From Octopus vulgaris (taxonomy: Eukaryota), in contig OX597816.1 of the NCBI GenBank assembly GCA_951406725.2, positions 66,402,001 to 66,466,000 on the forward strand: a DNA stretch of 64,000 nucleotides, written 5' to 3'. The position numbers were made by a program, and so were the translations under genes. Below are positions 1-11,338 of the stretch, one piece after another (position 1 is the first letter of the stretch; each line of letters starts with the position of its first letter). The notes under the pieces were generated by a model. The model saw only the letters and a program-made list of their open reading frames with translations, made no database searches and was not told the origin of the DNA.

Positions 1-133
1 TATATATAAAATAAACAGGCCCAGACTTGGCTGCATGGTTGAAAAGCTTACTTCTCAATCATGTGGTCTCAGGTTCTGTTCTACTGCATGGCTTTGTGAG
101 TGGATTTAGTAAATGGAAACTGAAAGAAGCCTG

Positions 134-170
<37 letters not shown>

Positions 171-1784
171 TTTGTAATTACCCTGCCTTAACATCATGTG
201 ATGTTTGTAAATAAATATACAAGTAATGTTATTGGTTTCCATACTTCTATGAAAATATATCTTGCCACAGGGAAATATTACTTTGCTTGGAAACAAGTGA
301 GGATTGGTCATGAAAATTTACCTCAAACAAATTTCATCTAACCTGTACAACCATCGATGCTAAGTGGCAACTACAACGATGATAATGTATTTATTCAAAA
401 TCTATTCGCACTTCAACAATTCAATTAATATTACTGCTGCATATGCAGCAAATATGTGAAATAACTTGCAAGGCAAAACTGCTGCTAATAACCTGTTATT
501 AGTATTTCACAACAAAGTCTGCAACTAGGTTTCAGTTTCCATTTGAAACTATACTTCAAATGCAATAAGAGTGCAGCAGGTATTTTTAGGTAAGCTAACT
601 AACTTATGCAGAGCAATATGCCTTAGCTATGCCCTACTTTAATTATATAAAAAAATTCTAAGGAATGAAGGCCACCATACACTGACTGAGATCACCTTAC
701 CAGCTCACACAGTAGTCATCACAGAAATTTTCAGCCACACTAAATGAAGTTAGACAACAGATTTGATGAAACATAAAAAGCCTGTCAAACTAAATGTTCA
801 TGCTGTAACAGCATGAACATTTGCAGCTTGGTTTCAGAAGAGAATGAAGTGAGACATATTAAGTGTACAGAACTTATCAGTTAAATCCAAACAGTTGATA
901 AGCTTTCAATATTGTATGACTGTTGAAGCAGAGTTGGTAATTTTTTGTTTTAATTCTTAATTATCATTACTTTGGTTTGGAGGAAGCGGCTGTGGCCATA
1001 GCCTTTGCAGGCTCTTCCAAACATTTATATTATTTGGTTTGGCATGATTTCTATGGTCAAATGCCCTTCCTAATGCCAACCACTTCATAGTGTGTACTAG
1101 GTACTTTTTATGTAGCACCAGCACTAGTGAGGTTGCCATACAGTAGAGAGAGTTACAGTACGAGACAAGGGGCCAGAACAGAACTGGGTTCTTGAAGAGA
1201 AGCTACACACACACACATACATATGACGGGCTTCTTTTGGTTTCCATCTTCGCTCAGAGTGTAGTAAGCAGGCAATTTCAGGAGAGATATCTACAAGGAG
1301 GAAATTTCTAAGGGACAACATTTTGGGAAGAAAGGAATGGATATCGTGTTTAGTGTGGAACCTTTGACAAAGTAAACACAACATGACAGATGGAAAGAGA
1401 AGAGACACATGAATTTAGAGTACCTGAGTGGAGACAGCATGATAGTAGCCACCTCTGAAGAGAAGAGGTCATTGTAGTAGAAAAGACAGAGAGCGGGTAC
1501 AGCACATTTATGGGCCAGATGTGGGAGTATTTCTAGATGCGGTTACTTTAGCAACAGTTAAATATCATATAGGTGGAAAGTTAGAACTTTACACCATGAA
1601 GTAAGTAACTCAACAGCCTATCATGTTAACATCCACTTTTCCATGCTTGCAAGGGTTGGAAAGAGTTTATTGAAGAGGATTTTTTTTTATAGCCAGATGC
1701 CATTTCTTTCACCAACCCCAATCTATTTCCAAGCAAGGCAGTAGCTCTCTTTGGCTAGACATTTTTCTGTAGAATATTGCAAAT

Positions 1785-1961
1785 AAAAAGCACCCACTAC
1801 ACTCGCAGAGTGGTTGGCGTTAGGAAGGGCATCCAGCTGTAGAAACACTGCCAGATCAGACTGGAGCCTGGAGCAGCCCCTGGCTCCCCAGACCCCAGTC
1901 GAACCATCCAACCCGTGCTAGCGCGGAAAATGGACGTTAAACGATGATGATGATGATGATG
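1785..1961 (+). mobile_element. Short RTE-tail element
   Basis: Near-identical to 11161-11338. Confidence 0.82.
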
Positions 1962-2031
1962 AATAACACTACTTGTATGACAGTGATGCTCATTTACAAC
2001 CATCATGTGATGTCAAGGCAACGAGACAGTA

Positions 2032-2110
<79 letters not shown>
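2032..2110. repeat. Compound (CA)n(TA)n microsatellite
   Basis: Read directly; other long (TA)n tracts lie at 9524-9556, 22670-22727 and 55590-55638. Confidence 0.95.
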
Positions 2111-2115
<5 letters not shown>

Positions 2116-2258
2116 GATAATGGTGTCATTGAGACCCAAAGGTGTCAGGTAATGCTGAATAAGTGCTATAGACAGACCATAGTTAAGTTCCCGATTTGGT
2201 AATATTGCGAATAAAGGGTTCAACACTGGTTCTATGTCAGTGTGTGTATATAAGAATT

Positions 2259-2377
2259 TTTTGTGTAATAAGATAAAAAACCAAGGCTGTATAGATATTA
2301 GAGCATTTACAGATAGAAGGTCTTATAAATGCTCTAATATCTATACAGCCTTGGTTTTTTTATCTTATTACGCAAAA
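2259..2377. repeat. Long near-perfect palindrome (about 50-bp arms, 16-nt loop)
   Basis: TAATAAGATAAAAAACCAAGGCTGTATAGATATTAGAGCATTTA pairs with TAAATGCTCTAATATCTATACAGCCTTGGTTTTTTTATCTTATTA. Confidence 0.92.
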
Positions 2378-2671
2378 CATTATATATATACACACAAACA
2401 CAATGGGCTTCTTTCAGTTTCTATCTACCAAATCCATGCACAAAGTTTTGGTCAACCCAGGGTTATAATAGAAGACACTTGTTCAAGGTGCCATGGAGTG
2501 GGATTGAACCCAGAACCATGTAGTTAAGAAGCAAACTTATCAGCCACGCAGCCATACATGTGTCTCTATATATCAATCAATATGTCAATATGATTTGTTT
2601 AGTAATCTCCTGAAAGAAATTAATATAAATGGTAACAAATCAAAGCTACAGCTACGATAAACAATACTTAC

Positions 2672-3212
2672 TTGCTTTCTTCTGCAGCCATTTTCCTTTG
2701 ATTACCTCCTAAGCTGTTTTTCTTAGAATGAGACATAAAAACATTCTCTTCATGAAAACTTGAAGGCAAAGAACCAGGCATTTTGGGTTTAGGGACCATT
2801 ATTGTACAATCAGGACAAGATGTTGATAAATTAGAACCTAATTTATCTTCTTTAGGTTCTGGTTCTTCCTTTTTAGATGAAACCATTAAATAACGAGGTT
2901 TAGAGTCATTTGTCTCCAATAAATCTTCCATAGTAAGTGATTTAAGAGAAAGATCAAATGAGGACACATAATTGTCCATTCGATGATAGATAAGGATGAG
3001 ATCTTGTAAACAAAGGTCAACAAGTCGTTTTTGAGAATCAGGTTCCAAATCTCCTTGCATCTCGACACTGAACATTGCCACTTCAAACCGTGCTTCTAAT
3101 GGGAGACTAGTTGGAACTGGCTTTGATGACTGAGTAGATTCACTGCTCCCTGTTCGAATCACTTTGGCAATGTCTGATTCAGTAGAAGAGTCTAGTTTTA
3201 GTGCTGAAATTC
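2672..3212 (-). CDS. VPS13D: VPS13D exon (ISALKL...SLKSLTMEDLL...YLMVSS...LSTSCP...MPGSLP...), 541 nt
   Basis: SL.MEDLL, LMVSS, STSCP and MP.SLP motifs; phase 1/2. Confidence 0.92.
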
Positions 3213-3400
3213 CTGTCAAAAATAAACATAAATAAATAAATATAATAAAATCTTTTGATAAAATTAGAGAAAAGGTGAAAGAAGAAAGAAAGAAAGAAAA
3301 CCAACACCAATTATAAAAAGAGCAGTGCACAGTGTGTATATAATTTGTTTGCTAAATATGTACTTTTAGTGGTGGAAGAGTAGTGCAGTAAAGAAAGATA

Positions 3401-3790
3401 GGCGCAGGAGTGGCTGTGTGGTAAGTAGCTTGCTAACCAACCACATGGTTCTGGGTTCATTCCCACTGCATGGCAATTTGGGCAAATGTCTTCCACAATA
3501 GCCTCAGGCCGACCAAAGCCTTATGAGTGGATTTGGTAGACGGAAACTGAAAGAAGCCTGTCGTGTGTGTGCATATATGTTTGTGTGTCTGTTTTTATCC
3601 CCCCAACATCGCTTGACAACCGATGCTGGTTTGTTTACATCTCCGTAACTTAGTGGTTCGGCAAAAGAGACTGATAGAATAAGTACTAGGCTTCCAAAGA
3701 ATAAGTCCTAGAGTCGATTTGCTTTCAATTAAAGGTGGTACTCCAGCATGGCTACAGTCAAATGACTGAAACAAGTAAAAGAGTAAAGAG
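3401..3790 (+). mobile_element. tRNA-derived SINE, family A, full length
   Basis: A box TGGCTGTGTGG, B-box-like GGGTTCATTCCC, internal (TG)n and an AGTAAAAG-repeat tail. Many other copies occur in the window. Confidence 0.85.
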
Positions 3791-3839
3791 TATGCCCATA
3801 ACATTTTTTTGGCAGCACCTGCAATACTGCAGACTGTCT

Positions 3840-4100
3840 TGATAACAAATGATGGCAACTTTAGCACAGTTAGTAATTTCAAAGAACATATTGGGCAACA
3901 CTATGATAGCTTCTCTAGAGTGCAAGATGGAAGCAAGTATGGTGAAAGACATGAGGAGGGATCACAATTTCTGGAATTCTGTGATGTGAATAACCTAGAC
4001 AATACAAATTTCAGGAAACTAATCAGTCATTTACTTGTCTACTAATGAGATGATAACACAGGCCAGAGAAACTTTATTCTCACCAGGAAATGGGATTGAC
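3840..4100 (+). mobile_element. Old RTE endonuclease fragment
   Basis: ORF 3809-4045 contains EEGSQFLEFCDVNNL..NTNFRK, similar to 19498-19695. Confidence 0.7.
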
Positions 4101-4198
4101 AGATATATGTAATACAATTAACCAACATGCTAAGAGTTCAAAGCTATTGATATGAACCACTAGAAAGGGAAAAATAAAAAGAAAAGATCTTTACTTAC

Positions 4199-5545
4199 CT
4201 GGTAAATATGATGAACTATTGTCACCTTCACTGGAAATTGAGAAAGTAACTGTTTCTTCATTTATGCCACTTAATGTTAAGTTGTGGCGAGTTTCAAGAA
4301 TCTGTTCATAGACAGCTTTAGAGAGAACAAGTTTACATGGAGTTGCAATGACAATATTAACAGATAATGACTGGGAAGGTGCTGGAGAAGATTTTTTGTC
4401 TTCAGTGTCGTTTGGGATGTTGTATGTGAAGGCCGAGTTGAATGAATGAGGTTTGAAGTGTGTGCTTTCTTCCATACCAGGTGAGCAAGGCGACCGGCAT
4501 GTGATGTCATATTCAAGTACATGGAGGGTTATTTCTATATTTGTGTCGTACAGTACTGGGTTGCATTTACGAAACTGATCATCCTTGAACAGACGTTCAA
4601 TGTCAAGTCCACGATAGTCAAATACACGTTCATAAATATTGAATGTAGTTAAATTCAATGCATACAAACTCATCTTGTCAACATGAATACTAATGCAGTC
4701 CTTGACGTCTTTCTTAGTAATTGACTCAGCAGGCATATTTTTGATGGAGATTTCTCCAAGGCAAGCCATTAGAACTTCTGAACTGGTTTGCTTTCGAGGT
4801 AGAAACACAATTGGAGTTTCAATTTGCATATCAATATTAATCTTGAGCTCTTCAGGTGGGGAAGTTGTTAATGAGCCAGTCAAGAACTGCTCTTCACTGT
4901 AGGACATATCTGGAGGGAAGAAGTCATTCATCTCTAAGGACTGGCTTTCAGATTTACGCTGATTGGGTGGAGAATGAATGTAATCATTGCTACTGTTGTT
5001 ACCTCCAGGGAAATTTCCACTGGCTGTTTCCATACGCTTAGCTACAAGACCTTTGGCAACTTCTTTTGCAGCATGCTTTATCGAAGAAGCTACATTTGAA
5101 GTATAGTCTTTGAAGCTGGAAAGACATTCAGACAGCTCTCTTAAGAACAGCGGAGAATGGATATAAATGACTGATGCCATCCTGATCTTTACAGCAACGT
5201 CCTTCTCAGAAACTGCAGAGTTGCCGTTAACTGTATAGATAAGGCTTTCATTGATTGGAAGAAGTGGAAAAGAAGAAGAGAGTAAAGCAGCATGTCCCAG
5301 GTATCTCTCGAGTTGGAAGGTTAATGCATAGCTATTCCTAGAGTTGTTATCTAAGATCTCGGGTTCCCATTGATAAGCTTTCTTCTGATTTGAGCTGTAC
5401 ACCTGAACCATGTCAGAATTACTTTGGAAACTTGGAAGTGTTGACAACTTGCCAACTTGTAATAGATATTGGTGTTTGTGGGCTTCGGGCATTACATTTA
5501 CAATGTGAAACCCTTCTAGTGAACCAGCAACCTCGAGTTTTTCAC
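4199..5545 (-). CDS. VPS13D: VPS13D large exon (EKLEVAGSLEG...MASVIYIHSPLFL...IETPIVFLP...LSKAVYEQILET...), 1347 nt
   Basis: ORF 4191-5492 extended to the CAG acceptor at 5546-5547; GTAAGT donor; phase 1/1. Confidence 0.94.
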
Positions 5546-6202
5546 CTGCAAAAAGAAAACCAAAATCAAATAGTTACAATCTACTACTATTACTACTACA
5601 ACAACACAAACAAGTAAATTAAAAATTATAAGAGAGAAAAATAAGTAATTTTAATGGCATTTCTACTTGATCTTGTGTAGCTGCTAAATAATCACAAGTT
5701 GTATTGCTTTCAAATTGAATAGTATTAGCAAAAGAAAGTTTATATTTCAATGTGACTGACAAAGAAAAACCACATGGTGAAAAGCTAGGATGACTGGGAC
5801 TCCTGCACAACAGACCTATCAGACCCATGCCAGCATGGAAATACTATTTTAAAATTACAATCATGATAAATCTTGTTTCTAGAAATATGTGTGGGAGTAC
5901 ATATGCAAAACACACACGTAATACCTTAACAGCATTATCATTATCATTTAATGACCATGTTCCATGCTGGCATGGGTAAGACAGCTCAGCAGGCTTTTCT
6001 GGGTCCAAGGACAGCATCATGCTCCTATGTTTGTTTTGGCATGATTTCAATGGTCAAATGCCCTTCCTAATGCCAACCACTTCACAGTGTGTACTAGGTA
6101 CTTTTTATGTAGCTCCAGCACTAGTGAGGTTGCCATACAGTAGAGAGAGTTACAGTACGAGACAAGGGGCCAGAACAGAACTGGGTTCTTGCTGAAGAGA
6201 AG

Positions 6203-6244
<42 letters not shown>

Positions 6245-6798
6245 ATGACAGGCTTCTTTTGGTTTCCATCTACTCTGTTAGGCCCAGGGCTATGATAGAA
6301 GAGATTTGCCCAAAGTGTCACACAGTGGGACTAAACCCGAAGCCATGTGATTGGGATATGAACTTCTTACCTATAAAGCTATGCCTGTGCCCATACAGAA
6401 AATATAATTATTGGATAATGAGGGAGCTACTCTATCTGATAAGGGAGTTTCCTCCAGCAAACTGAAGGAGTCCCTTTGTGGATATGATGATGTGTTAAGC
6501 AAATACAGATATATGTTTCAGACTGAACCCCTCATCAAGGAATGAAATACATATGTACATTCTGTTTTGAAAGCTACCATCATGAGCCTACAGGAAACTT
6601 CTATATGAGCAATAAACTAGCAACCAAATTTCTCTCAAATTTCACTCTATTGTCTTAAAAAAAAAAAAGCAAGAATACATCGGATAATAAAGTTAAAGAT
6701 ATATGACAAAAAATCAGGATGGTCACAGCTGAAATGCCTTTGATCATATGTTTACTAAAATAATCTAGAGTTAAAGAACAACAACATAATTTACTTAC

Positions 6799-6946
6799 TT
6801 ATGCGAGCATTGATTTGTGCATTGGACATGGTAATAGTGGCCACCTTTCTGGCATTCCGGCCAGAGACAGAGTCTTCAAGATGAACCAGCAGGATGTTTA
6901 AGCGATGAAAGTCAGCTGTAACACCAATGCACATACCAGAGATACT
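6799..6946 (-). CDS. VPS13D: VPS13D exon (SISGMCIGVTADFHRLNILLVH...ARKVATITMSNAQINARI), 148 nt
   Basis: HRLN.LL...RK.AT motif; phase 0/1. Confidence 0.92.
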
Positions 6947-7553
6947 CTGTAATGAAAAAAAGATTAAGTTTAAGATATACAAATGTATAGCCATACATGC
7001 ATACACACAGATCATCATCATCGTCGTCATTTAACATTCACTTTTCCATGCTTGATTGGGTCACATGGAATTTTGCTGAATCAGATCATTAACAGCCTGA
7101 TGCCTCTCCTGTTGCCAATCCTCACCTCTTTCCAAGCAACATATTTATCTATAAAGGGTAAATACCCACTTCAGTCAAGAATGACTATGGGACTACACCT
7201 ATAAAGTTCCCCTCCAAGGCATAAACCCAGGCAAAGTTGTTTATGGAAGACCAGCAGTCGTCCATGCATACCAGCTTCCCTTCTCCATGCCAACAATGTT
7301 ATCCAAGGGAAAGGCAAAGGCCAATACAGCTTGGCACCAGTGACATCACAATTCATATCTACAGCTGAGTGAACTGGAGGAACATGAAATAAAGTGTCTT
7401 GCTCAAGAACACAACATACAACCGGGTCTGGGAATCGAACTCACTACCTCGTGATTGTGAGCCTGATGCCTTAACTGTGGAAATGAACAACCTTGCGTGT
7501 ATAGTTACAATGCTCATTTACAACCATCACATGATGTCTAGACAAGGGTACAT

Positions 7554-7597
<44 letters not shown>

Positions 7598-9310
7598 TTA
7601 TGGATGGCTTTTTGCAGCTATATTCACTTATAAGGCTTTAGTCATCTCAGAGCTATGGCAGAAGACATGAAAGATGCTGCACAGTGGGACTGAACCTAAG
7701 ACCACTTGGTTAGGAAGCGAAAGCTTCTTAGCCATACAACCAGTTGGGAGGGAAAGCAGTGCCTGTGACCCTTTACAGGATCTCCAAGACAGCTCAGAGG
7801 AAGTTGTCATCAAATTAGAAACATGGCTTTCAAAGAGAATGCTTACAACTTGGCCTGAATGCTAACCTTTAGCTCCACTAAAGACACTCAAGGAACTAGC
7901 AGTGATAGCTTGTGGTACTAAACCAGGAGATGGATTAAATCTATCACCCATGTAGGCCATGGTGGGATTTGAATTTAAAACACAAAGAATCAAAATGAGT
8001 ACCATAAGGTATCAACATCATTCTGATCATTTAATGCCTGTTGTCTATAGTGGCATGGGTTGGATGGTTTGACAAGAGCTGGTGAGCCAAAAGACCACAC
8101 CAAGCCCTGCTGTTTGCTTTGGAGTGGTTTCTATGGCTGGATGCCCTTCCTCATGCCAACTGTTTTACAGTGTACTGGGTGCCTTTTATGTGGCACCAGT
8201 AGCAGTGTGATTGTCAAATAACTTACATGGCAAAACCTTCAAGTGAGTGGGAAGTAGTATTGAGGGAGGTGGCTTAGTGCCAAGTGATGAGAGAGGATGG
8301 AGAGAGGAGGGGAGGGAAAGAGGGTGGTGAAGATATGACCCATGGTTGGGGCAGGGTACACTCAAGTTATAGAGATGTGTATGAAAGTAGAACAAAGGAT
8401 TAAATAGGGTGAATGGGAGGGTAAGCTCACGAGACTGCAAAAGGAGGGTGGGAGATGGAGGGGAAGGGAATGTAGTGAGTGGATGCAAATAGAAGGAAGG
8501 GATGTCAGTAGGATATGTCTTGAGGAAAAGATTCAAAAAGGACACATTGTGAGCAGGTAAGTTTGTGAGGGTGTGAAGGGAGAGCTGGAGATAGAGGAGA
8601 GGAAGAATAAGGCACCTGCTTTGATATTCTTACAATTCTGCCAATTTACTGCCCTGAAATGGAACTGGTTTTTTTGATCAGCCTACCCCAACTATCCCCT
8701 ATAAGGGATCATTAAAACATCTTGGAAAATAATGTATGTGTGTGCATGTGTTTATATGGATCATCATCATCATCAAATGTCCACTTTTCCATCATCAAAC
8801 GTCCACTTTTCCATGCTTGGATGGGTCATGCAGGATTTGCTAAGGTGTATTTTTTTCTATGGCTAGATACCCTTCCTTTTGTCAACCCAAACAATGTAAT
8901 GTACCCTGCCACCAGACATGTATTTTCCATGGAAAACTGGAAATGAACATCATCCGGTATGACGGTCATGCTTGTTTACAACCACCACACGATGTCCAGA
9001 CAAAGGTGCACAAACACACACAAAACACACACATATAGGTACATACATGATGGGCTCTTTTAGTTTCCATCAATCAAATCCACTCAAAAGGCTATAGTTG
9101 GCCCCGGGCTATAGTAGAAGAGTGCTGCACAGTGGGACTGAACCTGAGGTTACATGAGAAGAAAAGTACTTAATTATGCACTTGCGTGCATGTGCACACA
9201 CACAGAGTTACACTCTTTAAAGTTTCTGAGAATTGAGGACTATCAGATGTATCAGATCTTTCATAGGTCGGCGCCACTGTCCCCATTAAAATTCAGTAAT
9301 AACTACTTAC

Positions 9311-9471
9311 CTGAGGGACTGAAGACATGGATTTTTGTAAATCAGCATTTTTGGAATCATCATTTTGGTCTTTAGTAGATGAATGATTTGGAGATCGAAC
9401 GGATTTTTTTGACATGTCTTTCATAGTGCTATGAAAAAAGCTCATTATTTCTGTCAAAGTTTCTTGATTGG
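9311..9471 (-). CDS. VPS13D: VPS13D exon (ANQETLTEIMSFF...SSVPQ), 161 nt, phase 1/0
   Basis: N.ET..E...F motif; CAG/GTAAGT boundaries; in frame with the next exon. Confidence 0.87.
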
Positions 9472-9519
9472 CTGCAAAGTAAAGTTGAAAATATAAAGAA
9501 GAATACAAATCAAATTAAA

Positions 9520-9558
<39 letters not shown>

Positions 9559-11338
9559 CAGGTGATGAAGGTCTCAGAGAAGGTCATAACCAATCTCATT
9601 AGGGAGAGAATTTGTTTAGATGAAATGCAGTTCGGTTTTGTACCAGGTAGAAGCACCACTGATGCTATATTCCTGGTCCGACAACTGCAGGAGAAGTACC
9701 TAGCTAAAGATAAACCCCTCTACATAGTTTTTGTAGACTTGGAGAAAGCCTTTGACAGGGTTCCCCGTTCCCTTATCTGGTGGTCGATGCGGAAACTGGA
9801 GATTGAAGAATGGCTAATAAGGGCTGTACAGGCTCTATACAGAGAGGCTGTTAGCAAGGTTAGGATTGGCAACGAATATAGTGAAGAATTCCGAGTAGAA
9901 GTAGGTGTGCACCAGGGCTCAGCCCTCAGTCCCCTTTTGTTCATCATAGTCCTTCAAGCAATAACAGAGGAATTCAAAACGGGATGCCCCTGGGAGCTCC
10001 TCTATGCCGATGACCTAGCTCTCATAGCAGAATCACTACCGGAACTAGAAGAGAAATTTCGGGTATGGAAGCAAGGGTTGGAATCAAAGGGCCTTAGAAT
10101 AAATGTAGCAAAGACCAAAGTATTAGTAAGCAGCAAGAGGTACTCAACACACATCCCCTCGGGTAGGTGGCCCTGCTCAACCTGTAGGAAAGGTACAGGT
10201 AGAAACTCCATAAGATGCACCCAATGTAAGTTATGGACACATAAGAGGTGCAGCAACATTAAAGGGAAATTAACAGATAAGATAGCTTTCATGTGCGGCA
10301 GATGCACAGGGACAATAGACACAACAGACACTCAGAAAACAGATTCCATCACACTCCAGGGAGAGAAACTAGAAGTAGTTGATAGTTTCCGCTACCTGGG
10401 AGACCAAGTTAGTAGCGGAGGTGGATGCACAGAGAGTATCACCACTAGAATACGAATAGCCTGGGCAAAGTTCAGAAAGCTCCTACCCCTACTGGCAACA
10501 AAAGGCCTCTCCCTCAGAGCAAAAGGTAGATTATATGATGCATGTGTGCGAACTGCCATGCTTCACGGTAATGAAACATGGGCTGTGACTGCAGAAGACA
10601 TGCGTAGACTTGAAAGAAATGAAGCTAGCATGATCCGCTGGATGTGTAGTGTCAGTGTGCACGCAAAACAGAGTGTAAGTATCCTGAGAGAAATGCTGGA
10701 TATAAGAAGCATCAGATGTGGTGTGCAAGAGCGACGCTTGCGATGGTATGGTCATGTGCTGCGGATGGATGAGAGAGATGTGTGAAGAAGTGCCACTCCC
10801 AAACAGTTGAAGGTATCAGGGGGAGAGGTAGACCCAGGAAGACATGGGATGAGGTGGTCAAGCATGACCTCAGAGCATTGGGCCTCACTGAGGCAATGGC
10901 GAAAGACCGAGATCTCTGGAGATATGCTGTGACTACAAAGACCCGGGCTGCTTTCTGCAGCAATTCCACATACCCCCTACCCATTCTAAGTACCCCGGAT
11001 CCCCAAAGTACCCCGGATCCCCAAAGTACCCTGGATCCCCAAAATACCCCGATCCCCAAAGTACCCCGGACCTCGTTGCCCCCGTGCCGCTGACACGTTA
11101 AAATGCTCGAATCCGATCGTGACGATGCCGGACCCTCCGGCCCCTGTGCAGGTGGCACGTAAAAGCACCCAATCCACTCACGGAGTGGTTGGCGTTAGGA
11201 AGGGCATCCAGCCGTAGAAACTCTGCCAGATTCAGACTGGAGCCTGGAGCGGCCCCTGGCTTCCCAGACCCGGTCAAACCGTCCAACCCGTGCTAGCGCG
11301 GAAAGCGGACGTTAAACGATGATGATGATGATGATGAT
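9559..11338 (+). mobile_element. 5'-truncated RTE-clade LINE: RT domain (QFGF, DLEKAFD, GVHQG..LSP, YADD), PHD-like finger, frameshift near 10780, 3' UTR and (GAT)n tail
   Basis: ORF 9562-10785 continues in another frame at 10782-11093 (RGRGRPRKTW). It ends in AAACGATGATGATG. ATATATAA lies on both sides, consistent with a TSD inside a (TA)n tract. Confidence 0.95.
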
